From a virus (Duplodnaviria > Caudoviricetes): DNA of 35,448 nucleotides. Below the pieces are notes generated by a model. It ran no database searches and was not told the DNA's origin. It was given only the letters and a program-made list of their open reading frames with translations. The DNA is taken from the IMG/VR virus record IMGVR_UViG_3300021411_000016, positions 1 to 35,448 of that record; one strand, written 5' to 3'. Made by a program: the position numbers and the translations under genes. Positions 15,615 through 23,105 of the stretch are shown here, in pieces (position 1 is the stretch's first letter; each line of letters starts with the position of its first letter).

Positions 15615-16105
15615 ATTTATATAAAATAACAAATGAATATCAAGAAGCATTAGATAAAACTTATAATCTAGAAACTGGAGAAGTTAATGAATGTGAATTG
15701 ATTTCTTTAGAAGAAGCAAAAGAGAAAGTTGAGGAAAAAAGTATTGCCGTCGCCTCTTATATCAAAAATATTGATGCGGAAAGAAAGGCGATTGAAGAAG
15801 CTAAAAAAGCAATGGCTGAGCGAGAATCTAAATTAGATAAGCGAGTTGATTATCTAACTCAATATCTTCAATCAAATATGGAAAGATGTGGAATTGGTGA
15901 AATTAAATCACCCTATTTTGTGATTAAACTCAAGAAATGTCCGATATCTGTTTTTATCGAAGATGAAAATAGTATCTCAAATGACTATAAAAAAATAAAA
16001 GAAGTGGTTAGTATTGATAAGCTTAAAATTAAGGAAGAAATATTAGCCGGTGTCATTGTCGAAGGTGCAACACTTAAACAAAATAACCGTTTAGAAATTA
16101 GATAA
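15611..16105 (+). CDS. Siphovirus Gp157 family protein
   Basis: MNLYKIT..Y, YIKN, IDKLKIKE...G..VEGA.L....LEIR. Confidence 0.88.
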   Translation: MNLYKITNEYQEALDKTYNLETGEVNECELISLEEAKEKVEEKSIAVASYIKNIDAERKAIEEAKKAMAERESKLDKRVDYLTQYLQSNMERCGIGEIKSPYFVIKLKKCPISVFIEDENSISNDYKKIKEVVSIDKLKIKEEILAGVIVEGATLKQNNRLEIR

Positions 16106-16116
16106 GGATTAGCAAA

Positions 16117-16566
16117 ATGAATTTTACCCCCCTAACCGATGAGCAATTACAAATTGCCGCTTTAGTTCCAGAAGGAATTTACGAATATACCGTTGTTAAA
16201 AGTGAAGATAAAATATCTAAAACTGGTAATGAATATACTTCAATTACACTAATGGTATGGGATGAAAATGGCAAAGAACATCTGATCTTTACCAATATGG
16301 CATTAATTAAATTATTAAAACATTTCTGCGATGTTAACGGGATGCAAGAACAATATAAATCCGGAAATATTCCAGCACCTAATTTTATAGGTAAAAATGG
16401 CGGAAAAGTTTGTTTGTCAATTGAAGGTGAAAAACAAAATCCAACGGGAGGTGTTTACAAAGCTAAGAATATTGTCAAGGATTATATTATATCTCCTTCC
16501 GGTTCTTTAACGAATCCATTAGCTAACAAACCAGTTGGTTTTCCAGATGATGAGGTTCCATTTTAA
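16117..16566 (+). CDS. SSB-like protein (DUF669-like)
   Basis: LVPEG.Y...V...E...SK.GN N-terminus; acidic tail DDEVPF. Confidence 0.8.
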   Translation: MNFTPLTDEQLQIAALVPEGIYEYTVVKSEDKISKTGNEYTSITLMVWDENGKEHLIFTNMALIKLLKHFCDVNGMQEQYKSGNIPAPNFIGKNGGKVCLSIEGEKQNPTGGVYKAKNIVKDYIISPSGSLTNPLANKPVGFPDDEVPF

Positions 16567-16722
16567 ATGAAGTTTCATAAGTGTAAAAAAGAAAGCGATG
16601 AAGTTATTTCTTTATTATCATATTTTATAAATGGCAATCCTATATTTAGAAAACATTGCAAATCATGTGAAAAAAAAATATGGGAAAGTATCCGAAAATA
16701 TTATGCTGAGGAATGTAAATAA
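16567..16722 (+). CDS. Small Cys/His protein (51 aa)
   Basis: MKFHKCKKES...HCKSCEKK...EECK; abuts both neighbours. Confidence 0.6.
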   Translation: MKFHKCKKESDEVISLLSYFINGNPIFRKHCKSCEKKIWESIRKYYAEECK

Positions 16723-17525
16723 TGTTAGCTTTTCATGGTAAGCAAGAAATAAAAGATTTTTATATTTCAAGGGTTAATGCTCATCGTTTAGCAGATGAAA
16801 TAGTAAAAGGTGTTTATTGGGAAAAAGGAAAAGGATGTGCTGTCGGATGCACTCTACATAGTTCAAAGCATAGTGCTTATGAAATTGAACTTGGAATACC
16901 AACAATATTAGCACGATTGGAAGATGGAATATTTGAATGTTTGCCATTAAATCAAGCAAAATTATGGCCAGAAAAATTTTTGGAGGCTATTAATATAGGA
17001 AGCGATTTATCAGAAATTTGGCCGAAATTTGCGAGATGGTTACTAATTGACGAAGAATTCAGTGTAATTCAATATGCAAAAAATGACGATCAAAAAAAAT
17101 CAATTCAAACGATCGCTGATTATTATTTAATTCATAAAGAAATAACCGAGCAGCAATGGCGAGATGCTGCTTATGCTGCTTATGCTGCTTATGCTGCTTA
17201 TGCTACTTATGCTGCTGATGATGCTGATGCTGATGATGCTGCTTATGCTGCTGCTGCTTATGCTGCTGATGCTGCTTATGCTGCTTATGCTGATGATGCT
17301 GCTTATGCTGCTGCTGCTTATGCTGCTGATGCTGCTTATGCTGCTGCTGCTGCTGCTACTTATGCTACTTATGCTGCTGCTGCTACTTATGCTACTTATG
17401 CTGCTTATGCTGCTTATGCTGCTTATGCTGCTTATGCTGCTGCTGATGATGCTGATGATGCTGTAGAAAATCATCGAATCGTTCAAGCTGATAAATTATT
17501 AGAATTATTAAAGGAATGTAAATAA
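16722..17525 (+). CDS. Phage protein with a 100-codon Ala/Tyr/Asp/Thr repeat insert
   Basis: Globular N-terminus (KGCAVGC, ELGIP..LA.LED.IFE.LP), low-complexity tract, short C-terminal helix. Confidence 0.85.
   Translation: MLAFHGKQEIKDFYISRVNAHRLADEIVKGVYWEKGKGCAVGCTLHSSKHSAYEIELGIPTILARLEDGIFECLPLNQAKLWPEKFLEAINIGSDLSEIWPKFARWLLIDEEFSVIQYAKNDDQKKSIQTIADYYLIHKEITEQQWRDAAYAAYAAYAAYATYAADDADADDAAYAAAAYAADAAYAAYADDAAYAAAAYAADAAYAAAAAATYATYAAAATYATYAAYAAYAAYAAYAAADDADDAVENHRIVQADKLLELLKECK
17163..17462 (+). repeat. Degenerate microsatellite built only from GCT/TAT/GAT/ACT codons
   Basis: Basic unit GCTGCTTAT (Ala-Ala-Tyr) with higher-order duplications. Confidence 0.95.
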
Positions 17526-17902
17526 TGTTATTTGAAAAAGCGCATAAGGAATTGTTAGCTGGAAAAAAGATTCGTCGCAAAGAATGGGAAAAGTTAATGC
17601 ACCTAAGATTGATTGATGATGATGTCATTGCATTTCGCGGAGAGTTTTCTAATTTCTATGATACGCCAAATATTTTAATTTCTAAAGATTGGTTAGTGGT
17701 CGATGGTGATGGGACTAAATTTAATTTTCTTGAAGCGATTGATCAATTAAGAAATAAAAAATGTCTTCGATTAGATCATTGGGAAGAAGATAAGTTTTTA
17801 TTTATTGATAAAGATAAAATGGCAGTCTGTAAACCGGTGAAATTTGATTTCATGCCATCATGGGAAGAATTGCAATTAACGGATTGGGAGATATTAAAAT
17901 AA
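17525..17902 (+). CDS. Tandem two-domain DUF2829/Tad2-like protein
   Basis: Two copies of F.EA...L...K..R...W ... DW (ILISKDW; MPSWEELQLTDW). Confidence 0.72.
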   Translation: MLFEKAHKELLAGKKIRRKEWEKLMHLRLIDDDVIAFRGEFSNFYDTPNILISKDWLVVDGDGTKFNFLEAIDQLRNKKCLRLDHWEEDKFLFIDKDKMAVCKPVKFDFMPSWEELQLTDWEILK

Positions 17903-18087
17903 TGGATAATTTGCCAGAAATACCAACTTCAAAAGATGAAGCGGTTCAACAGGGGTTGAAGTTATTGGATCATGCAGTTTCTCATTTTATGGGATTAGAT
18001 GACGATCATTCTAAAGCATTAACCGCTGCAACCATGGGCGTATTAAACTTAGGATTAATTTTATTTAATATTTATAAAAAAGACTAA
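17902..18087 (+). CDS. Small protein with hydrophobic C-terminus (61 aa)
   Basis: TAATG coupling; GGGAG SD. Confidence 0.7.
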   Translation: MDNLPEIPTSKDEAVQQGLKLLDHAVSHFMGLDDDHSKALTAATMGVLNLGLILFNIYKKD

Positions 18088-18114
18088 ATAATTTATTGAA
18101 TTAATGTTATATAG

Positions 18115-18218
18115 ATTTGCGAGATATAAAAGCTTTGCCAAGCCTAGGTTTCGCAACCCGAAACGCGAGAGAACCTCACTCGCTTGGCTTGGCAATTTAT
18201 TCAAAATTTCTTGCAAAT
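18115..18218 (+). ncRNA. Structured intergenic RNA element (three-way junction)
   Basis: Stem TTGCCAAGCC/GGCTTGGCAA encloses GTTTCG/CGAAAC and GCGAG/CTCGC hairpins; outer stem ATTTGCGAGA/TCTTGCAAAT. Confidence 0.55.
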
Positions 18219-18245
18219 TAAAATAATTCAATAAAGGATATTTAA

Positions 18246-18653
18246 ATGAAAAAATTATTATTAGGAACACTTATTGCTCTATCTTCAATGCCAATATTGG
18301 CAGCACCGCTAGAGGCAACTTATAATATTCATATCACCGATGCGATTTGTTTTGCTGGCGTTCAGACTTATGTAACATCTAATCATTTAGCTAGCGTAAT
18401 GAATAATACTGATATTGTACAAAAAATATATGTCTCACATCATCTTTGTGTTGATAAAGTTAAGAAATGCAAAACAACTGATTTTCAAGTTAAGGTAAAT
18501 CCCCATCAAAGATGGACAGATCAGGCAACTTTAAATTTATATCCAACGTATAAGAATGCTGGTCGCTATACAGCAACGGCATCTACCAAAATAGCCGGAC
18601 CATTTGGTTTGTCCGTTGGCGCAATAAAAACAGGGTTTATTGATGTACGCTAA
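18246..18653 (+). CDS. Secreted beta-rich protein
   Basis: Sec signal MKKLLLGTLIALSSMPILA; Ig-like strand pattern ending GRYTATASTKI. Confidence 0.8.
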   Translation: MKKLLLGTLIALSSMPILAAPLEATYNIHITDAICFAGVQTYVTSNHLASVMNNTDIVQKIYVSHHLCVDKVKKCKTTDFQVKVNPHQRWTDQATLNLYPTYKNAGRYTATASTKIAGPFGLSVGAIKTGFIDVR

Positions 18654-18671
18654 AATGAGTTTGTAAGGTAC

Positions 18672-18738
18672 GGCAGCAAATGCGTGCGCTAATAACGCTC
18701 GGTGCCTTGAATCACCGTTTATAGCGCATTTGCTGCCA
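18672..18738 (+). ncRNA. Structured RNA A (13-bp stem, two internal hairpins)
   Basis: GGCAGCAAATGCG/CGCATTTGCTGCC; internal CGGTG-CCTTGAAT-CACCG. Confidence 0.55.
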
Positions 18739-18746
18739 AGGTTTAT

Positions 18747-18862
18747 GGGGCAAAATATCGTTATGACCTAAGAGGCGTGTGCGCGTCCTAATATGGCAGA
18801 TCGTCACAACGCGCCCAATATGGTAGTTGAAGCCTAATAGATCAACAATGACTGCCCCACCA
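18747..18862 (+). ncRNA. Structured RNA B with acceptor-like stem and encoded CCA
   Basis: GGGGCA/TGCCCC-A-CCA; internal CGTTATGAC/GTCACAACG and GTTGA/TCAAC stems; no canonical T-arm. Confidence 0.55.
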
Positions 18863-18868
18863 ATTTAT

Positions 18869-19037
18869 AGACTCGCGGCATTGACAATGAAATGCTTGAT
18901 TAGCTCGAAATATAATGGGTTAACGATATTCCTATTTTAGGATGCGTGGATTTTAATCTATCAAAAAATAGTAAGTCCAAAGGACTATGACACGGCTAGT
19001 CATACTATTTTAGCCGGTGTAATTCCGGCCGAGTCTG
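18869..19037 (+). ncRNA. Structured RNA C: enlarged tRNA mimic (~169 nt)
   Basis: 7-bp acceptor AGACTCG/CGAGTCT, D-like arm GCATT/AATGC, T-arm GCCGG-TGTAATT-CCGGC stacked on the acceptor, two branched domains in place of the anticodon and variable arms. Confidence 0.68.
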
Positions 19038-19056
19038 AATAATTTTAGGATTAACA

Positions 19057-19248
19057 ATGAGAAAATTTCTAACAACGAATTGCCATGCTGCATCCTGGGA
19101 ATGTATCAATCGAGTCATCATATGCCATACCTGGCGCATGGAAGTAATTAACGGATGGATTATAGCAAGTGATAATAGCGCTGGCGGCGGTGAGCATGGT
19201 TATGCTATGACATTTGTGCCGGATGCTGAACATAAGTGGAAAATATAG
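19057..19248 (+). CDS. Hypothetical protein, paralogue of 13691-13897
   Basis: WECI...TWRMEVINGW...FVPDAEHKW. Confidence 0.8.
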   Translation: MRKFLTTNCHAASWECINRVIICHTWRMEVINGWIIASDNSAGGGEHGYAMTFVPDAEHKWKI

Positions 19249-19287
19249 TGATGCCGCTAAATTTCTTTGAAATCTGGAATTAATACA

Positions 19288-19494
19288 ATGCTTTCTGATA
19301 ATAAAAAATCTCCCCGTAATTTAACTTACTCACGAGTTTATAATTATGCGTTAGAAATGTTTGGGTATGATAAAGATCGTACTATCGCCTGGTGGATGAG
19401 CAAAATTAAAGAATTAGATGATAAATCTCCGTTTGAAATGGTTAAGATGGGAAAAGGACGAAAATTAATGAAATATATTATTAGGTGTCGGTAA
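19288..19494 (+). CDS. Orphan Xre/MbcA/ParS antitoxin C-terminal-like domain (DUF2384)
   Basis: ALEMFG.DKD....WW......LDDKSPFEMVKMGKG pattern; no toxin gene adjacent. Confidence 0.72.
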   Translation: MLSDNKKSPRNLTYSRVYNYALEMFGYDKDRTIAWWMSKIKELDDKSPFEMVKMGKGRKLMKYIIRCR

Positions 19495-19814
19495 TGAATA
19501 AAGAATTTATGCTCGATGTAGATAGACTGGTTGATAAATTATGCCAAACAGCTGGTGATCACCTTCTTAAACAAAAAACAAAGGGGGTTATTAATGTGTC
19601 TTATAGTTATAATTTAATAATAAGCGCTTTTATTTCATCTATGTTTACATGTTTGGAGATAATTATTGATCATACTAGCGAAATGCATCCTGAGTTTTAT
19701 AAAGAAGCTGAAAAAAATCTCAATAATTTAAAAATAGATATTAAAAAATCATTTGATAAACAGGGAGCTAAATTTATGAATGCACAGCATGTTGAGAACA
19801 AATTGAATGATTAA
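19494..19814 (+). CDS. Hypothetical helical protein
   Basis: TAATG coupling to the upstream gene. Confidence 0.7.
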   Translation: MNKEFMLDVDRLVDKLCQTAGDHLLKQKTKGVINVSYSYNLIISAFISSMFTCLEIIIDHTSEMHPEFYKEAEKNLNNLKIDIKKSFDKQGAKFMNAQHVENKLND

Positions 19815-19826
19815 AGGGGAAAAAAA

Positions 19827-20210
19827 ATGACTGGTCTTATGGATATAAGAAAAGAATGTTTAAAATTGTCAATTAAATGTAATCGTAAATCTTCACGAAT
19901 GCAACTTGGTATTTTAACTTTTAATATTATCGGAGTGATATGGGGTTCCTATTGGATATATTTTTCAAATAAAAATAGTAGTTTTTTCTATTTATCTTTG
20001 GGAATATTAATAACTACTATTTTATTTCAAATAATAAATCTTCTAGAGGCAATATCAAGTTATCATATGGACAAAGAACAATTAAAATATATAGAACAAT
20101 ATGAGATTAATAAGGAATTTCAACACGATAAAGATACACTAAAAGATTTAATAAAATATTATCAAGATATAACGATAAAAAGTGAAAAGATAAATAATCA
20201 AACTAGATAA
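19827..20210 (+). CDS. Two-TM membrane protein
   Basis: Two hydrophobic segments then coiled coil; AGGGG SD. Confidence 0.75.
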   Translation: MTGLMDIRKECLKLSIKCNRKSSRMQLGILTFNIIGVIWGSYWIYFSNKNSSFFYLSLGILITTILFQIINLLEAISSYHMDKEQLKYIEQYEINKEFQHDKDTLKDLIKYYQDITIKSEKINNQTR

Positions 20211-20237
20211 CTATTCATAATGATCCTTATCGATAGT
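20210..20237. other. 28-bp site with Xer/dif-like geometry
   Basis: ACTATTCATAA-TGATCC-TTATCGATAGT: 11-6-11 layout, ATAA/TTAT core, arms 9/11 symmetric. Confidence 0.35.
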
Positions 20238-20313
20238 ATAAAAAATTATAATTACACCAAATTGGTTAACTGTAATTATGTAATATAACGTTATTCATAA
20301 TGAAGGAATTACA

Positions 20314-20610
20314 ATGAACGATGATGAAAGATTTCAAAAAAATGAACCCAGTGAATCTACAACTATAGAATTAAGTAAAAAAATGATTAAGGAATATGTA
20401 GATGTAGAAAATGTATTTATAAAAATACATAAAGATAAATGTCAAGCGGGTGAACTAATGTGTGCACTTCTATCATCATCAATTCAAAATGCTATCAATG
20501 TTATTGGTTCATCAATAAATGGAACACCATATGATAATAAAAAACATCTAATAGAAAATAGTAAATTATTTTTTAATACTTCATTAGATAATCTATTAAA
20601 GGATAAATAA
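20314..20610 (+). CDS. Hypothetical protein (98 aa)
   Basis: AAGGA SD. Confidence 0.75.
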   Translation: MNDDERFQKNEPSESTTIELSKKMIKEYVDVENVFIKIHKDKCQAGELMCALLSSSIQNAINVIGSSINGTPYDNKKHLIENSKLFFNTSLDNLLKDK

Positions 20611-20778
20611 ATGCCAATAATTCTTGGAAAAAGTAAGCCGTTAGTACCGCGCAATGTAAAGGTTATTAAACATGTTGGCCATCCAGAAGCGAATGCGATT
20701 AAACTCACGACTGAGATAGCCAAGGCATTTGGCCAACAATCTAAGAAGATGAAACCTAAAAAGATTATTATCCGTTAA
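20611..20778 (+). CDS. Small basic protein (55 aa)
   Basis: MPIILGKSKPLVPRNVKVIKHVGHPE...; AAGGA SD; stop overlaps the convergent gene's stop at TTAA. Confidence 0.65.
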   Translation: MPIILGKSKPLVPRNVKVIKHVGHPEANAIKLTTEIAKAFGQQSKKMKPKKIIIR

Positions 20779-21053
20779 GCGGATTGATCTACCTCAATAT
20801 TAATATCATCAATGTTCAATATATTACTTTTAACTTCTTTTTTTAAATTCTCAAGATCAGATTCGTGCTTTTTAATGACTTCTTTTAATCCATTAATTTC
20901 TTTGTCTTTCAAAATTAAATGGGTTTGTGCTTGATGCAGTGATTTGGTGGCTTCATCGCGTAATTTATCCAAGGATCCGATTTGGGCTACTAGATTATCA
21001 ATATGCTGTAATAAAGATTCTTTTTCTGATATTTCCATGATAATTACCTTCAT
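20775..21053 (-). CDS. Small coiled-coil protein after the fibre (possible chaperone)
   Basis: Heptad pattern; last gene of the tail operon. Confidence 0.7.
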   Translation of the reverse strand: MKVIIMEISEKESLLQHIDNLVAQIGSLDKLRDEATKSLHQAQTHLILKDKEINGLKEVIKKHESDLENLKKEVKSNILNIDDINIEVDQSA

Positions 21054-21076
21054 TAAAAAAGAAAAATATTATCACA

Positions 21077-22954
21077 CTATACAAAATACCAAAAATCTAA
21101 ATAGATATTTCTCGTCGTATTATTTTGGCTTGCACCTGTTAATGCTGAACTAAAACCCGTCAATATTGAAGTCCAAGGAAAGATAAATAATGTTGTTCCA
21201 GCCGTGATGGAAACGCCCACGATCTCAACGGTCGTTCCATTTCCATAATTGCCATTTTCAGCAATGCCCCCTTGATTAGATGCACTAGCCGCAATGGGCA
21301 AAGAGATCAGGATAAAACCAGTACCGGCACCTGCCGTACCGCCATTGCCGGTTAAATTTATGATGCAATGAACATTATTACCAATGCGCGTATAAATACC
21401 AACATTGGTGGTATAAGTTGGAACCACATTACCAACGCCGCCAGAAAATGTAATAACAGGCGTATAAGTTCCTTCAACATAATTTGCAAGCGCTGTACCG
21501 CCAAAATTAATGCTAGTGGCTGCAGCCACGCCCAATGTCGGGGTTACCATCGTAGGGGAAGTGGCTAATACTGGCGAACCTGTTCCTGTTGCAACTACCC
21601 AAACAGGAACTCCCGAACTATTAGAAGTAAGAACGGCACTATTAACAGGTGCTAATGCAGACATTGTATTTGTGCTATTGGCATATAACATTGAATTAAT
21701 CGCAATCGCACTAGGCCATGTAGATACTGACCATGCAGGCGCCCCCGATGCGCCAGATTGAAGCATATTACCCCCCGTTGCAATTCCTGACAATATTGCT
21801 AAAGTCGTTGCATTTGAATAAACGATTCCTCCGTTAGAGGCCGTTAAACTTGCATTTGTACCACCGTTAGAAAGCGATAAAGGAAATGATGGAATAGATG
21901 AAGTGAACGCGACTGTGCCCGAGGCATCTGGGAAGGTAACATTTTGAGTGGCTGAGGTATTGGCGAATAAAAAATTAGTGGCATGTTGCAATCCAGTTCC
22001 ACTATTAATAGTTAGGGGACTAGTCGCGTTTTGACTATCTAGCGTAATTTTTCCTGTGCCTTTCGTGCCAATTTGAAAGCCGATATTAGTATCAGCGCCT
22101 ACCGAAACAAATGATGGATCAATTCCTGTCGGAGTATTAACGACAGCAATAGAATTAACGGCCGATGGTGTTGCATTAATCGTTAAAGAGGTACTTCCAT
22201 TAATATCTGAAATGACATCAATCTTTGGCGATAAAATCGTTTTATTGGTGAACGTTTCAATGCCCGCTAACGTAGCAAGTGTTCCAGTGGTAGGAAATGT
22301 TACGCCCGTCACGCCAGTTAAAGTAAAGGTTGAAGCAAATGCACCGCTAAAGGTTACTGCGGCTCCCCACGTTAAATTTCCTGTATTAGAAACACCTGTA
22401 CCACCATTAGCAGGCGATAGTGGCAATGATGGCAATTGTGAAGTCGTCGCTAATGTACCGCTAGTGGGAAAAGTAACATTTGTTGCGCTCGTTAATGTGC
22501 CGGTAAATGCAAATGCGCCAGCCAGCGCAAATGCGCCACCAATCGTAATAGTGCTAGCGCCATTATTAATGCCTGTGCCACCAAAAATAGGGGATATAAT
22601 CGTTCCATGCCATATGCCGCTAGTAATGGTTCCGAGAGTTGTAATATTACCTTGTACTGCGCTGGGTAAGGTCTGACTGATACTTGGCGCGCCACCAGCC
22701 GATGTAATCAAGGTTCCATTAGCAAGCGTTGCTAATCCTGATAGTGCACTCCCACTAGCGGCGTAATAACCCAATTGATTAATCAATCCTGGATTAATAG
22801 TGCCACTTGCACCAAACGCCGCTTTTAAACTTGCGCCAGTGATTGCCGCATCGGTGCCAGGCGTATAGGGCGATTGGACTAAATAATAAAGATCCGTATC
22901 AGCAAGAACGGTCGTGGGATTAATCGCAAATATCTGGGCAACCGTCATTGACAT
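21077..22954 (-). CDS. Tail fibre/receptor-binding protein
   Basis: 625 aa, Gly/Thr/Ala-rich; repeated L....GGTG and TFP..GTLA motifs; C-terminal YVEGTYTP...GIYTRIGN tip domain. Confidence 0.82.
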   Translation of the reverse strand: MSMTVAQIFAINPTTVLADTDLYYLVQSPYTPGTDAAITGASLKAAFGASGTINPGLINQLGYYAASGSALSGLATLANGTLITSAGGAPSISQTLPSAVQGNITTLGTITSGIWHGTIISPIFGGTGINNGASTITIGGAFALAGAFAFTGTLTSATNVTFPTSGTLATTSQLPSLPLSPANGGTGVSNTGNLTWGAAVTFSGAFASTFTLTGVTGVTFPTTGTLATLAGIETFTNKTILSPKIDVISDINGSTSLTINATPSAVNSIAVVNTPTGIDPSFVSVGADTNIGFQIGTKGTGKITLDSQNATSPLTINSGTGLQHATNFLFANTSATQNVTFPDASGTVAFTSSIPSFPLSLSNGGTNASLTASNGGIVYSNATTLAILSGIATGGNMLQSGASGAPAWSVSTWPSAIAINSMLYANSTNTMSALAPVNSAVLTSNSSGVPVWVVATGTGSPVLATSPTMVTPTLGVAAATSINFGGTALANYVEGTYTPVITFSGGVGNVVPTYTTNVGIYTRIGNNVHCIINLTGNGGTAGAGTGFILISLPIAASASNQGGIAENGNYGNGTTVEIVGVSITAGTTLFIFPWTSILTGFSSALTGASQNNTTRNIYLDFWYFV

Positions 22955-22958
22955 AAAT

Positions 22959-23105
22959 TTAGGCTCCTGCCGTTTCTAATGGCGTGTTATCGCTCATCAA
23001 AAGATCTGATCCATCGGTTATCAAAAGAAATCCGGTTGGCGGCGGAGGAACATCATCCGCAGCAAAAGGATAATAAAGAATGGCAATGCTGCCATATGTC
23101 CACAT
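22959..23105 (-). CDS. Small tail-associated protein (48 aa)
   Basis: MWTYGSIAILYYPFAADDVPPPPTGFLLITDGSDLLMSDNTPLETAGA; TAATG coupling. Confidence 0.7.
   Translation of the reverse strand: MWTYGSIAILYYPFAADDVPPPPTGFLLITDGSDLLMSDNTPLETAGA

Noticed and set aside
17127-17628. Poly-Ser/Ile, poly-Leu/Met and His/Gln ORFs in the track
   Set aside because: Alternative frames of the GCT/TAT/GAT microsatellite that lack stops; no SD; the 16722-17525 frame explains the region
18135-18153. 17/19 match to the minus strand at 23510-23528 (TTGCYAAGCCTAGGTTTYG)
   Set aside because: A rough estimate gives several such matches by chance in 35 kb, and the orientation is not antisense to that mRNA
18881-18916. 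Perfect TTGACA and TATAAT inside RNA C
   Set aside because: 24-bp spacing is incompatible with a sigma70 promoter
18661-19050. ncRNA array as a CsrB/RsmY-like sponge, canonical tRNAs or tmRNA
   Set aside because: GGA motifs here fall in stems, not loops; no canonical TTC T-loop or anticodon arm; too short for tmRNA and no G3-U70 pair
21077-22954. Diversity-generating retroelement target in the tail fibre
   Set aside because: No reverse transcriptase, and I saw no template/variable repeat pair
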